DNA of 39,836 nucleotides from a virus (lineage: Duplodnaviria; Caudoviricetes): positions 1 through 39,836 of the IMG/VR virus record IMGVR_UViG_3300048855_000212; one strand, given 5' to 3'. Positions 17,588 to 27,194 of the stretch are shown one piece after another (the first letter of the stretch is position 1; each line of letters starts with the position of its first letter). The position numbers and the translations under genes are program-made. The notes below the pieces were generated by a model. That model saw only the letters and a program-made list of their open reading frames with translations. It did not search any database and was not told where the DNA came from.

Positions 17588-17944
17588 TTTTTTTTCGAGC
17601 GCGCCCTCCGGCACCTTGTTGACCTCACCGATCGCGGCAAGCAACACAATCGCCAGCTCCGCACAAAGCGGGCCATGCCCCGTTTCTGGCCCGCCGACTA
17701 CGTCCTCGACGGTAAACACCGGCACACCGTCTTTGTCGGTGATGCAGGAGGCGATGCGCTGGGCGGCCAAGTCGCCGCCGCGGTCCTGAGCATCCCAGCG
17801 CTGGGTCAGCGAAATGAAAGACTCCTGCAGCACGTACACGGTGGCCTTCTGCGGCTTTCCGTTCGCGTGCCAGCTGACTTCCTTTTTCTGCGGTGCCGAG
17901 ATGAACGCCCCGGACGCTTTGAGCGAAGCAATATTCAGATCCAT
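17510..17944 (-). CDS. Tail assembly chaperone G
   Basis: Lies between tail tube and tape measure genes; contains a slippery site. Confidence 0.85.
   Translation of the reverse strand: MDLNIASLKASGAFISAPQKKEVSWHANGKPQKATVYVLQESFISLTQRWDAQDRGGDLAAQRIASCITDKDGVPVFTVEDVVGGPETGHGPLCAELAIVLLAAIGEVNKVPEGALEKKSNPRKSSGTSSRSSSGRRSPKQSKE
17588..17596 (-). promoter_or_regulatory. Programmed -1 frameshift slippery site GAAAAAAAA
   Basis: In-frame GAA AAA AAA TCC (A AAA AAA heptamer). Confidence 0.8.
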
Positions 17945-17953
17945 GGAGGTTCC

Positions 17954-18682
17954 TTACGGCGCAGTCTTGGCGACCAGAACGGGTTCGCCCGAAACCTGGA
18001 TGCCAACGGTGGATTTGACGACGTCGCCCAGACCGAACGTGAACGGGAAACTGTTCATGTAGCCTTCGAAGGTGAGCCAGGTGCGGGTGTTTGGCAGGTC
18101 GAAATCGATCTCTGTTTCCACCAACGCGCGCGCAGTCGCACCGGTACCAGCGCCACCCGTGAGCGCCACGGTCGGGGCGCTGGTGTAGCCGGCGCCTTCG
18201 TTCGTAATGGTGAATCCAGTGACCTTGCCGTTCGCGATTTGGGCCGTCGCCGTCGCGCCAGTGCCACCGCCGCCAGTGATAGCCACCGTAGGAGCAGTCG
18301 TGTAGCCGGTGCCCGCCGAGTTCAGCACCAGCGCTGACAGACCGCCTGGCGTGCCAATAAGAGGCTGGATGCCTTCTTCGGTATCGAAGTTGTAGCCGTC
18401 AGACCAGCCAACAACCCACTTAAGCTTCGTGCCAGCGGTCTTCAACTGGTGAAGGCGCAGGTGAACCGGGTTCTTTGGGTCGATGTTCAAGCCGAACGAC
18501 GCGGAACCAGGTTCAGCCAGACCAGCTTCATATTCACGACCTTTCGATTTGGTGCACGTCACGTCGACCTGCGCGACCGAAGTGTCGATGCCATCGAGCG
18601 TGGTGAAGCAGCCCACATCGAGAATGGTGTTATCAGCCGGGTCGATGGCGAAAAGCTCCGTGCCCTGGACATTAATGGTCAA
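17954..18682 (-). CDS. Major tail (tube) protein with internal repeat insertion
   Basis: '[10 protein letters not shown]', '[11 protein letters not shown]' and '[15 protein letters not shown]'; GGGAG RBS before TTG 18682. Confidence 0.88.
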   Translation of the reverse strand: MTINVQGTELFAIDPADNTILDVGCFTTLDGIDTSVAQVDVTCTKSKGREYEAGLAEPGSASFGLNIDPKNPVHLRLHQLKTAGTKLKWVVGWSDGYNFDTEEGIQPLIGTPGGLSALVLNSAGTGYTTAPTVAITGGGGTGATATAQIANGKVTGFTITNEGAGYTSAPTVALTGGAGTGATARALVETEIDFDLPNTRTWLTFEGYMNSFPFTFGLGDVVKSTVGIQVSGEPVLVAKTAP

Positions 18683-18722
18683 TTTGGTACTCCCAGATTT
18701 CCTGCGAAATCTCATATTGGCG

Positions 18723-18749
18723 GGCATAAAAAAACCCGCCGGAGCGGGT
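18723..18749 (-). terminator. Internal late-operon terminator
   Basis: Minus strand ACCCGC-tccg-GCGGGT-TTTTTTATGCC. Confidence 0.75.
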
Positions 18750-18769
18750 CGTTCTTTCAGGTTTTCCGG

Positions 18770-19135
18770 CTATGCACTGACCAGCCAGGCAACATCGAAA
18801 CCTTTGCGGTAGTTCTTGGTTACGGTGTCCACGGTATCGACCCCGAACCCGGTGATGTAGGCCCTCTTTCCAATGGCTTTGCGCATGGCGGACACCACCG
18901 CGTCCGCCGACATCGCTGTCGCGGCGTAGACATCGATCTGCAGGCCGTATCGGTCTGTTTCCGGCTGTCCGTTGATGTAGTTCAGAGGCGATCCGCTCAC
19001 CACCTGCCAAACCGCGTACGGCTTGGCTACGTCCTGCGGCGCTTCACCGTGCGGATAGAGCCTGAGCGGGCTTTCGCCCAGCAGCGCAACCACAGCAGGA
19101 TCGGCTTTGCACACCTGGGTAATGGGCGCTAGCAT
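18770..19135 (-). CDS. Tail terminator (DUF3168-like)
   Basis: 'RLYPHGEAPQ...PYAVWQ' and 'LQIDVYA'; position. Confidence 0.85.
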   Translation of the reverse strand: MLAPITQVCKADPAVVALLGESPLRLYPHGEAPQDVAKPYAVWQVVSGSPLNYINGQPETDRYGLQIDVYAATAMSADAVVSAMRKAIGKRAYITGFGVDTVDTVTKNYRKGFDVAWLVSA

Positions 19136-19578
19136 CAGTTCACCCCCAGCTTGATCAGTTGGTACTTGGCCGAGCCGAGGAACTCCTTGAACAGGGCCTC
19201 GCGGTTGTTGGCCAGCGCCGGGCGCAGGAATGGACGGGCCCGGTTTTTCTCGGTGCCGAGCTCAACCCACCACCAATAAAACGTGTTGCCGCCGCCCTGC
19301 CCCCGGCTGCGCTTGCGCACACCGACGGACATCACAACCGCGCCGACTTCCATGCCGATCGCCTTGCGTTCAACGATCGCGAGGTTCTTGGGGATGTAGT
19401 TCGATGTTTGCGGGTCATCGATCCGCGCTGCCCGGTCCTTGGCGTCCGCGAGAACGATCTCCATCGCATCCTTGGCCGCCGGCGTGACGACCTTGCGGCG
19501 CATTTCCTCGGTCAGCCCACGGAAACGGGCAGATAACTCGTCTGCTCCTCTGAGCTTGTACTCAACCCGATCACCCAT
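19135..19578 (-). CDS. HK97 gp10-family neck/tail component
   Basis: 'FYWWWVELGT...ARPFLRPAL'. Confidence 0.88.
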   Translation of the reverse strand: MGDRVEYKLRGADELSARFRGLTEEMRRKVVTPAAKDAMEIVLADAKDRAARIDDPQTSNYIPKNLAIVERKAIGMEVGAVVMSVGVRKRSRGQGGGNTFYWWWVELGTEKNRARPFLRPALANNREALFKEFLGSAKYQLIKLGVN

Positions 19579-19903
19579 CGTTGGTGCCCTCACTGGCTGG
19601 GAAGGTCAAGTACTCCTTGCCAGACACGGGATCTCTCAAAATCCCGTGCAAGTTGTAGACCCTGCCGTTATGGCGAGCGCGCATGGCAGCGTCGAAGCCG
19701 TCACGGTATCGCGTCACAATCCTACAAGTGACCTCGGACTGGGTGGACTGCGCCGAGATGAAATCGCGCACGCTTAAATCCCTGATTGCGGCCCATACCG
19801 TGGCAAATTCCACCCACGACACCAGCTCTTCGTTAGAAACGGGGTCATTGGTGACGACCTTCTGCTCGAAGGTCACCCGATGACGGAGATCGCCGGCGCG
19901 CAT
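19571..19903 (-). CDS. Head closure / head-tail adaptor
   Basis: 'MRAGDLRHRVTF', 'ATVWAAI' and 'YR.G...AMR...GRVYNL'. Confidence 0.88.
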   Translation of the reverse strand: MRAGDLRHRVTFEQKVVTNDPVSNEELVSWVEFATVWAAIRDLSVRDFISAQSTQSEVTCRIVTRYRDGFDAAMRARHNGRVYNLHGILRDPVSGKEYLTFPASEGTNDG

Positions 19904-20232
19904 GGGTATTCCTCCTGCGGTTTGCTGTCTGCCAGGCTGCGCAAAGACCACAGTAGCGGACCGACACCCATCGGCAGCACTTCCGCTGAGGTGCCGATCA
20001 CCACTGCTTCACGATTCGTGTAGGAGTGGCCGATCAGCAGCAGAAGTGCAGATTTGAAGCTTGCCGGGATGTCGCCGGCAGTGGCGAGTAGAGGGTTGTC
20101 GCAGTACCAGAGAGCCCAAGCCAGTGCCGACTCCGCATACAGCTCGATCAGATCGTCCTCATCCGCCGAATCGACGCGCAAGTGCTTCTTGATGAGATCC
20201 ATCGCCAGCAAATCGGCAAGGACCACGGTCAT
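19873..20232 (-). CDS. Head-tail connector (HK97 gp6-like)
   Basis: 'IKKHLRVD...DDLI..Y' and 'ALLLLIGHSYTNRE'. Confidence 0.88.
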   Translation of the reverse strand: MTVVLADLLAMDLIKKHLRVDSADEDDLIELYAESALAWALWYCDNPLLATAGDIPASFKSALLLLIGHSYTNREAVVIGTSAEVLPMGVGPLLWSLRSLADSKPQEEYPCAPAISVIG

Positions 20233-20420
20233 TTCTTAACCTTTTCCTTCGCCTTTCCCTGGCCATCGACCTGGGCGGACTGCTCAACATCGACCAGTTC
20301 GGCGAGCTTCATGCCGACCAACGCATCGGCAACGTCGTCAGACACTGGCCGGGTCTCATATTGGTCGAAACTACCAGCGTGGTAGTGAGAGAACTGCCGC
20401 AACGCGCGAATAGTTTTCAT
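20229..20420 (-). CDS. Small head-associated hypothetical protein
   Basis: ATGA overlap with the connector gene; follows the capsid gene. Confidence 0.7.
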   Translation of the reverse strand: MKTIRALRQFSHYHAGSFDQYETRPVSDDVADALVGMKLAELVDVEQSAQVDGQGKAKEKVKK

Positions 20421-20457
20421 ATTGAAACCGGGGCGGTTGCCCGCCCCGCTCCTGTCG

Positions 20458-21621
20458 TTATGCCGCCGGGGTGAAAGTGCCTTTGATGATCGCGGTCGGA
20501 CGGTAGTGAGTTACCGCTAGGCGCTCTTCGCACAGGATGGTCAGCATGTTCTTGACGAAGTTATCGCGGTCCTGGTTGCTGACCTCGATGGTTGCGTCCA
20601 TGCGGTCCCAAATCTGCGAGGCCAGGTCGAAGCCGCCGACAGTGAAGGTGCCCTGCGCCTGGGCTTTGGTTGCCACAACCGGCAAACCCCACATGACTTT
20701 CGCTGCGAACGCAGCCGGACCGCCGAAGATGTAGCGGCCATCGGCATCTTTCAACAGCGCGATCGCGTGCCAGTCGCGCGGATTGAGAATCAGGCCGGAG
20801 GCCTCGAACTCGGACTCGCTGGTCTGGAAGATAGCGTGAGCGATCATGTCCGCGCGGGTGTCACCCGTAGCGTTCAGCGCGGTGTCGTACGCAGTGGCGA
20901 CCTTGTTCAAGCCCAGCAGGTTGTCACCGGTACCGTCACCGTTGAGCAACTGGCCTTCTTCGACCAGGTCCAGACCGAACAGCAGGCGGCCGTTCACATA
21001 GGACTCGAGCATCGGCGCGTCATCCATGATTTGGCGCGCAGCCTGAATCCAGTGAGCGATCGTTTTGACGTTCGCCGTTTCCTTGGTGAACGTCAGCTGG
21101 CTTTCGGGCTTCAAAGCACCCTCGGCGACCGGCGCGGCGCCGATAGTGAACACGTTCTCGCGCACGTACTCGATCGCGTTCGAGTTAGTGCGGCCCTGCG
21201 CCAGCAGGTCGCGGATGGTCAGACGGCGCATACCGGGCATCAAAATGCCTGGATTGCGTTGAGCCTGAACCAGCGCGCCAGCGGAACCGACACCGCTGCC
21301 CAGCGCCTTGCTGAAACTCTTGACGTCAACCTTGCCCGAAGTCGAGCCGTTCCAGCCCTTCTTGATGTCTTCGGCTGCGCGCTCGGCGAAGCTTTTCTTG
21401 TGCTCCGGGTTGTCCAGTTCGCCGCCGGCGAGCTTGGATTCCAAGTCGAACAGGCGAGTGCCTGCGGTTTTCAGCTCGTCCTGCACGGTCTGCAGGTCGG
21501 TTTGAATTTTCTTGCTGACTTCACCCGTCGCGGTGATCTCTTTTTTCTGCGCATCGAACAGTGCGGTCATGTTCTCTTGCGCTGTTTCGATAGCCTTTTG
21601 AATTTGGGCCAATTCGGACAT
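20458..21621 (-). CDS. Major capsid protein (HK97 family)
   Basis: N-terminal coiled-coil delta domain, 'VKTIAHW', 'GQLLNGDGTG' and 'FVKNMLTILCEERLA'. Confidence 0.95.
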   Translation of the reverse strand: MSELAQIQKAIETAQENMTALFDAQKKEITATGEVSKKIQTDLQTVQDELKTAGTRLFDLESKLAGGELDNPEHKKSFAERAAEDIKKGWNGSTSGKVDVKSFSKALGSGVGSAGALVQAQRNPGILMPGMRRLTIRDLLAQGRTNSNAIEYVRENVFTIGAAPVAEGALKPESQLTFTKETANVKTIAHWIQAARQIMDDAPMLESYVNGRLLFGLDLVEEGQLLNGDGTGDNLLGLNKVATAYDTALNATGDTRADMIAHAIFQTSESEFEASGLILNPRDWHAIALLKDADGRYIFGGPAAFAAKVMWGLPVVATKAQAQGTFTVGGFDLASQIWDRMDATIEVSNQDRDNFVKNMLTILCEERLAVTHYRPTAIIKGTFTPAA

Positions 21622-21623
21622 GT

Positions 21624-22286
21624 TTATTTTCCTACAGATGGGAAGGACTTGATGCGATCCAGGATCGCGGTGATTTCGCCACCTTCGGAATCGCTCCGAA
21701 CTGCGGACTTGATGCGGGCGATCAACGCCTGCGCTTCGGATTTGGATAGCCCGGCCGAATCCCTCAGCCAGTGCTCCGCATCACGAATGGATTCAATGGC
21801 GTCCATGCTCTTCAACGAGGAGATCGACGCGTCTTCGTTGGCTGGCTCCGTGCAAATGCTGATCTCCCTCAGCCGCTGCATGGACTTGAAGGCCATGCCG
21901 GTCGCAATGCGGTCGAAGTCGGCAGCGCCAGCAAGAAAGCCCACCGACAGGCCGTTTACGGTGCCGTGCTGCATGGCGGACTTGAGCGCCTCGGACTGAG
22001 GATTGCCCGGGGTGAGCTCGCCGCGCGCGAGCAACCCTTTGCTGTCCTCTTCTAGGTGCAACCACTTGCCAACAGGAATGGCGTTTCTCTGGTGGTTGAA
22101 GAACATCGCCACCGCTCGGGACTGGCCGGTAAGCGCCTTAGCGAAAGCGCCCGGCAGGATAATGTCGCCATCAGCGTCGACCTTGTTGAAGACGCTGGCA
22201 TAGCCTTCGAAGACGCCCTGCGTGCCCCCGCCGGAGAACTTGATTTCAGCCTGTTCGAAGGCGATGGTCTTATGAATATTGGACAT
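21624..22286 (-). CDS. Prohead maturation protease (HK97 family)
   Basis: 'FEGYASVF', 'FFNH', 'GLSVGF' and 'LREISI..EPAN'. Confidence 0.93.
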   Translation of the reverse strand: MSNIHKTIAFEQAEIKFSGGGTQGVFEGYASVFNKVDADGDIILPGAFAKALTGQSRAVAMFFNHQRNAIPVGKWLHLEEDSKGLLARGELTPGNPQSEALKSAMQHGTVNGLSVGFLAGAADFDRIATGMAFKSMQRLREISICTEPANEDASISSLKSMDAIESIRDAEHWLRDSAGLSKSEAQALIARIKSAVRSDSEGGEITAILDRIKSFPSVGK

Positions 22287-22304
22287 TTATTGACTCCAGA
22301 AAAA

Positions 22305-23573
22305 CTAAACCCCGCCAGGGGCGGGGTTTGTTTTGCCAAGTTGCTCAAGGGGCACGTTTTGGGATTGTCGCGTCGCCACGTCACCACCTGGGAGCGGAGG
22401 CCTATTGTTCACTCGACGTCCTTCGTTGATGGTCATCAGCCCGGTGTCGACCTGCGTCTTCATGTAGTTGGCACGGGCCGTAGAATCCCCGCTGAGCAGA
22501 CCGTCGCGGTTGTGCTCGGCGTGAATTTTGCCCAAATCCGTGGGCTTCACCAGCCAGCGCAGGATGCTCGTCTCCCAGATTTCGAGGTACGGGTCCAGGG
22601 TGTACTGGAGAAAGCCCAAGTTCTGCTGCTCGATGCCCGAACCCCAACTGGTGGTTTTCTCGACATCGCCCACCAGGTGCGGTGGGACTCCGAAGAAACG
22701 CGCCAGCTCGCTGACTTGAAACTTTCGAGCGGCCATGGTCTCCGCATCCTGCGGACTGACGCCAATCGGTTGCGTGGTGAAGCCGGCCTCGATGATCCAC
22801 AGCCGCTTCTTGACGGGACCCCCTGAGATTTCCTTGAAATTCTCCTCGACCTGATCGCGCTGGACCTTGTTAAGGGTCTTGTCGCCGGTAGACATGATTT
22901 GCGGGGACTTCGCACCGTTAGCATAAAAGTCGCGCTGCTGATCTTCCATTGCCACCGCAACGCCTGCGGTCTTGGCTCCGAAAGCAATCGGCGAGAGGCC
23001 GACTAGACCATTGAAGCCGAAACCTTTCAGGTGAAAGATTTCGCTCTGCTTGAACTCCGCGTATTCGGTGTCACGTCGATATTTGTAAATCACCCGCTTG
23101 CCTTCCATGCGAACGTCCATGTTCACCGACATCATCGGAATCAGGCTAATCACATCACCCGCCACGTTGCGTTCGATCAGCGCGTAGGCGTTTCCGTAGA
23201 AGCAAAGCTGCATGGTCATCGCCACACGGAAGTCAAAGGCCGTCATGTACTGGTTGGGCATGTACCGCAGGAGCCGCGCGAGCGGATGGGTCAGCGGAGC
23301 TTTGATTCGGTCGTCGCCTCTTGTCTCAAACACGTCCAGCGGCATACAGGCCGTGACACTTGAGATCAGCCGCACGCAAGCGAACACCGTAGAGATTTGC
23401 AGCGAGCGCTCGTCATTGACGACGGAATCGCCCACCACGCCCGACGCCGATATCGGGCCGGTCTGCGATCCTTTATCTGGAGTGGTGAGGCGTCCACCGA
23501 CAAAATAGCTCGCCATCCGCGCCCAGAAGGGACTGCGTGTACGCAGATCGATGCTGTAGTCGGTATCGGCCAT
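22305..23573 (-). CDS. Portal protein (HK97 family)
   Basis: 'VFACVRLIS', 'GLVGLSPI', 'ARFFGVPPHLVG' and 'SGIEQQ'. Confidence 0.95.
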   Translation of the reverse strand: MADTDYSIDLRTRSPFWARMASYFVGGRLTTPDKGSQTGPISASGVVGDSVVNDERSLQISTVFACVRLISSVTACMPLDVFETRGDDRIKAPLTHPLARLLRYMPNQYMTAFDFRVAMTMQLCFYGNAYALIERNVAGDVISLIPMMSVNMDVRMEGKRVIYKYRRDTEYAEFKQSEIFHLKGFGFNGLVGLSPIAFGAKTAGVAVAMEDQQRDFYANGAKSPQIMSTGDKTLNKVQRDQVEENFKEISGGPVKKRLWIIEAGFTTQPIGVSPQDAETMAARKFQVSELARFFGVPPHLVGDVEKTTSWGSGIEQQNLGFLQYTLDPYLEIWETSILRWLVKPTDLGKIHAEHNRDGLLSGDSTARANYMKTQVDTGLMTINEGRRVNNRPPLPGGDVATRQSQNVPLEQLGKTNPAPGGV

Positions 23574-25327
23574 TACATACTCATTGGTCTAGAGAGGAAG
23601 TCATCGACATTGACGTCGTCCGGACTGGCGCCCGAGACGCCAATTGCCATAAGCAAAGCGGTCATATCGTCAATCTTGTCGGCTGACCGCTTCTTGTCAG
23701 GCGCCATGTTCATGTTGTCGTCACGCCGGGCGATGAGGTTCGAGGCACACCAGTTCAAAAGCGGGTCCGAACCGTGGGCAAACTGCCCGGAAATGTAGGC
23801 CCGTTCGAGCACCTGCATCGCTGGGTGGTATGACTTCGGCCCCTGGATGAACTCGACCATGGGGATATCACCGGCGACAAGCCGGTTCACCAAGTCAGAG
23901 GCGTTCCACTTGTCGTAACCGATGGCCTGGATGTTGAACCGCTCGTTTGCGGCCTTCACGTCCGCCTCGATCACCGCATAGTCCGTAACGTCACCCTCGG
24001 TCTGTTTGAGAAGTCCAGATTCAACCCAAGAGGCGTAAGGAACCGTGCCGCGTTCGGTGCGGAAGGCTACTGCGCTCTCCGGTGCCCAGCGCCAGGCGTA
24101 CGTGTAGATGACACCGTCGACGTTCCAGATCAGGCGAAAGCATGTGAGGTCAGTTGTCGATGCCAGATCGAGCCCGCCCCAGCACGGGAAGTCGGCCAGC
24201 CATTCAAGGTCTACCTCGCCGCCGCACTGCTGCCACTTGTTGAGGTCGATCCAGCCGTCGGCAGTAGAGGCCGGCCGGTTTAGCCGCTTGATTCGAAATT
24301 CGGCCATCTTCGACGGCATCTGCTTCGCTTCGACGGCCTCCTTCCGGATCGCCGCCAGCAGGTGCGGGTTCACATCCATGAGCGGGTTGGCTTTGATCCA
24401 GCAGCGTTCGTCGAACTCCTCATCAGCCTTGATGCCGAGGGTTTTGTCTTCATCGTCGACCGCGTAGAACACGACTAGATAGTGGTCAGCCGTGTGGCCG
24501 AACAGCCCGGCGAGCAATTTCTTGGCGAACATCCTGATTTCAGCCCACGGCCCCGGGTTTGTGTAACCCTCGGTGGTCGTGAACAGCCACAGCGGGTTGC
24601 CCCGGGCGCCGGCGGCCGACTGCAATACGTTGAGTAGGTCAGCTGTTTTGTGTGCGTGGATCTCATCGAGTCCGACGTGCGACGGGTTCAGGCCGTCCTG
24701 CGTCGAGGCTTTCGCGTGAATCGGCTTGAAACTGGCGCCGGTTTCGGCCCGGCTGATCGACTTGGCCCAGACCTCAAGGCCGAAGTACTCGCGAAGGTCC
24801 GCGTTCTTTTCGGTCATCCGCTTCGCAGCGTTGAAGATGATCGCGGCCTGGCCGAACGTGGTCGCCGCGCTGACGATCTGCGCGCCTTCTTCCGGTTCGC
24901 AGCACTCGCAATACAGCAGGATGGCCGACGACAGCGTGCTCTTCGCGTTTTTTCGCGCGACGGCAAACAGTGCCGAGGTGAATCGGCGCGGATGGAACAT
25001 CCCGTTGCCGCCCCACCCTTCGGTGAAGACTGCCTCGCGCTTGCGAAAGCCGAAGAGTTGGACCACGAAGAAAACGTGAGACGCGTGCATCACGATCGTG
25101 GGTTTCTCCCACTTGCCCTCGACGTGATGCAGTTTTTCGATGAAATCGCAGGGGTCGTTGGCGTGCCACGGGTCAAACATGAACGGGCAATCTTTCTTTT
25201 TCGCCCGTTTGAGGTCATCAAGAAATCGCTGGGCAGCCTGCCGTATCAGCTTTCCGTGCTTCTTGCGCTTCTTGTCGGCTACTGCGGCCTTGGCGTAGTC
25301 AGTCGCGATCTTTACGAAGTCACGCAT
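23573..25327 (-). CDS. Terminase large subunit
   Basis: Walker A 'VARKNAKST', 'LDEIH', 'GLDLAS..D' and 'KIDDMTA'. Confidence 0.95.
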   Translation of the reverse strand: MRDFVKIATDYAKAAVADKKRKKHGKLIRQAAQRFLDDLKRAKKKDCPFMFDPWHANDPCDFIEKLHHVEGKWEKPTIVMHASHVFFVVQLFGFRKREAVFTEGWGGNGMFHPRRFTSALFAVARKNAKSTLSSAILLYCECCEPEEGAQIVSAATTFGQAAIIFNAAKRMTEKNADLREYFGLEVWAKSISRAETGASFKPIHAKASTQDGLNPSHVGLDEIHAHKTADLLNVLQSAAGARGNPLWLFTTTEGYTNPGPWAEIRMFAKKLLAGLFGHTADHYLVVFYAVDDEDKTLGIKADEEFDERCWIKANPLMDVNPHLLAAIRKEAVEAKQMPSKMAEFRIKRLNRPASTADGWIDLNKWQQCGGEVDLEWLADFPCWGGLDLASTTDLTCFRLIWNVDGVIYTYAWRWAPESAVAFRTERGTVPYASWVESGLLKQTEGDVTDYAVIEADVKAANERFNIQAIGYDKWNASDLVNRLVAGDIPMVEFIQGPKSYHPAMQVLERAYISGQFAHGSDPLLNWCASNLIARRDDNMNMAPDKKRSADKIDDMTALLMAIGVSGASPDDVNVDDFLSRPMSM

Positions 25328-25354
25328 GACCCACTCCACAGCCTATTTATTCGA

Positions 25355-25777
25355 TTATTTCCCTGCTTGTTTCCGGCCATTTCCGGCAAACGCGTTGCCC
25401 TTTTTGTCGGTGCCGCCCGATGAAACCTTCCGGCGACTCGCGGGCGTCATGCCGAATTCTGAGAACAGCGCTTTGAGCGCCGTCGTTTCAGCGGCTGTCG
25501 ATTCCATGTCCGCCTTGGCCTTCTTCCTGAAGCACTGCCAGGCATGACAAAGCTGCTCGAGCGAGTACAGGTCAACCACCTGCAAAACCTTCGCGCTCAC
25601 CAACTGCCGGCCAAGGTTTCGCCACATCTCCGCGCCGTCAGCGTTCAGGTGCTGAGGCGGTTCCGGGAAATCTTCAATCAGGTCGAACTCTGGCGCGTCG
25701 TCCTCCCCCCGATCCGGGCGATCGGTCCCCGCCAGGAGCTTGAGGTGCGGCGCCGTCGGCTTCCGTCCTCTGGTCAT
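25355..25777 (-). CDS. Terminase small subunit (P27 family)
   Basis: 'GRKPTAPHLKLL.G' and 'EFGMTPASR'. Confidence 0.9.
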   Translation of the reverse strand: MTRGRKPTAPHLKLLAGTDRPDRGEDDAPEFDLIEDFPEPPQHLNADGAEMWRNLGRQLVSAKVLQVVDLYSLEQLCHAWQCFRKKAKADMESTAAETTALKALFSEFGMTPASRRKVSSGGTDKKGNAFAGNGRKQAGK

Positions 25778-26013
25778 TTGTCACACCCTCTATTTTCAAA
25801 TCCTAATTTCGACGGCGCGAAAAAAAGCCTCGGGCGCGGTCTAGGAGCGAAAAAGGCCGAACTTCTGACCCTCCCCCTCTCTAATAGCGAAAACCTATCA
25901 AAATCGATCAAATTTCAATCAAATCGGCAGAAAAGTGACCAAAACAGTCAATTTCGTATCCATTTACGATCTTTTCGAGCGAATCAGTCTCGTTTCCTGC
26001 CGTCGACGCCGAG
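25778..26013. other. Probable cos / packaging initiation region
   Basis: Non-coding gap between HNH and small terminase; GC-rich core GACCGCGCCC (minus strand, 25832-25841) preceded by a G-rich tract and an AT-rich stretch. The exact cut site is not determinable. Confidence 0.6.
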
Positions 26014-26346
26014 TCACCGGTTGCGCTGGTTGCCCCAGCCGCCATCCTCGGTCGCGGTCTTCACCGAGTGGCATGGATGACACAAGCCTTGCCAATTGGT
26101 CCGATCCCAGAACAGATCCATGTCGCCACGGTGCGGAACGATGTGGTCGACGTCAGTGGCTGCCGTCACCCTGCCGCCCTGCTCGCAGTGGACACACAGG
26201 GGATGCTTGGCGAGGAAGCCCTTGCGCGACTGTTGCCATCGATAGTTATACCCACGCTGGCTGCTGGTGCCGCGTTCTTGCTCGGGCGTCTTGTGCATTG
26301 GCGTGCATGGCGCAGCGGGTTGATGTCGCTTCGGCCTGACAGGCAT
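26014..26346 (-). CDS. HNH endonuclease (packaging cofactor, HK97 gp74-like)
   Basis: 'PLCVHC', 'DHIVPH' and 'NWQGLCHPCHSVKT'; next to terminase. Confidence 0.92.
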   Translation of the reverse strand: MPVRPKRHQPAAPCTPMHKTPEQERGTSSQRGYNYRWQQSRKGFLAKHPLCVHCEQGGRVTAATDVDHIVPHRGDMDLFWDRTNWQGLCHPCHSVKTATEDGGWGNQRNR

Positions 26347-26349
26347 CCG

Positions 26350-26682
26350 CTACTCAACCCGCTTGGGTGCTGGCACGTATCGCCGCACGCGGTCACTGAT
26401 TGCTGTGACTTCAAGGAGTTGCTCATCAGGACCGACCGCCTCGACAGCCTCAACCACCATCACCTCGGCATTGATGGGCTCGAAGTTGTGCGGCAATACG
26501 GTGATGGTCGCCTTCCACACACCACCAGGCTCTGCCGTCATGGCGATGGACGTGATGCCTGTCAGCTCACTGCCGTCGCTCAGCATCACCCGCGTGCCCA
26601 TCGCCGGCATCGGGCTGTTCGGGCTCAGGCTGGCCGGCGGGATGATCGTCGCCACGTTGACGCAATTGGTTGATTCGCTCAC
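26350..26682 (-). CDS. Hypothetical protein
   Basis: 110-aa ORF in the late-operon orientation; GTG start uncertain. Confidence 0.6.
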   Translation of the reverse strand: MSESTNCVNVATIIPPASLSPNSPMPAMGTRVMLSDGSELTGITSIAMTAEPGGVWKATITVLPHNFEPINAEVMVVEAVEAVGPDEQLLEVTAISDRVRRYVPAPKRVE

Positions 26683-26743
26683 TGGCTATCCTCATAAACT
26701 TCAGGGCTCGATTGCGTACGGCCGAGCATGTCGTGCAGGCCAT
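26567..26743 (-). CDS. Small hypothetical protein 'MACTTCSAVR...'
   Basis: N-terminal CxxC; ATG just after the upstream stop; overlaps the next ORF, so uncertain. Confidence 0.4.
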   Translation of the reverse strand: MACTTCSAVRNRALKFMRIASERINQLRQRGDDHPAGQPEPEQPDAGDGHAGDAERRQ

Positions 26744-26748
26744 GGTCT

Positions 26749-26877
26749 TCACTCAACTGTGCAGGTCGGCCACTTGCATTGCGCGAATGCCAAGGCACCC
26801 GCGTGGTCGTGGTCTTCCTGCATGATCATGGGGAATGGTTTGTAGCCAGGCACTGTGACGTACCAAGACTTCTTCAT
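26749..26877 (-). CDS. Small hypothetical protein (42 aa, MKKSWYVTVPGYKPFPM...)
   Basis: Translated by hand; below the ORF-track cutoff; fills the gap after the spanins. Confidence 0.5.
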   Translation of the reverse strand: MKKSWYVTVPGYKPFPMIMQEDHDHAGALAFAQCKWPTCTVE

Positions 26878-26924
26878 CGGCGCACGGGTGCGTCCACATC
26901 TGGACGCATCTCCAATGGCAGGGC

Positions 26925-27194
26925 CTACTTGCTCTGGCTGCGAACGATCTGTGCGTCGACCTGGTCAGCGCACGTGTCGAGCAGCTTTATCGCTTGATCC
27001 TTCAGCTCCCATACGTCGCCGTTGTCACGCAGATCGGTATCGTCTGCATTGACCCGCTCGCATGGGATCAGCTCAGGGGCTTCCAGCCTTATGGCTGTTG
27101 TCTTTGTTACCACTTGAGGCTTTGCCGCGCAGGCCGTCAGGCAAAGGCTGAGCAGCCCAATCACGAACAGGTTTGCTGTTGCGCTTGAGGTCAT
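26925..27194 (-). CDS. o-spanin lipoprotein (Rz1-like)
   Basis: Lipobox 'LTAC', 'LIPC' and 'LDTCADQVD'; overlaps the i-spanin 3' end. Confidence 0.82.
   Translation of the reverse strand: MTSSATANLFVIGLLSLCLTACAAKPQVVTKTTAIRLEAPELIPCERVNADDTDLRDNGDVWELKDQAIKLLDTCADQVDAQIVRSQSK

Noticed and set aside
20767-21999. 410-aa plus-strand ORF (and similar ones opposite J, portal and terminase)
   Set aside because: Antisense shadows of well-supported structural genes caused by codon bias.
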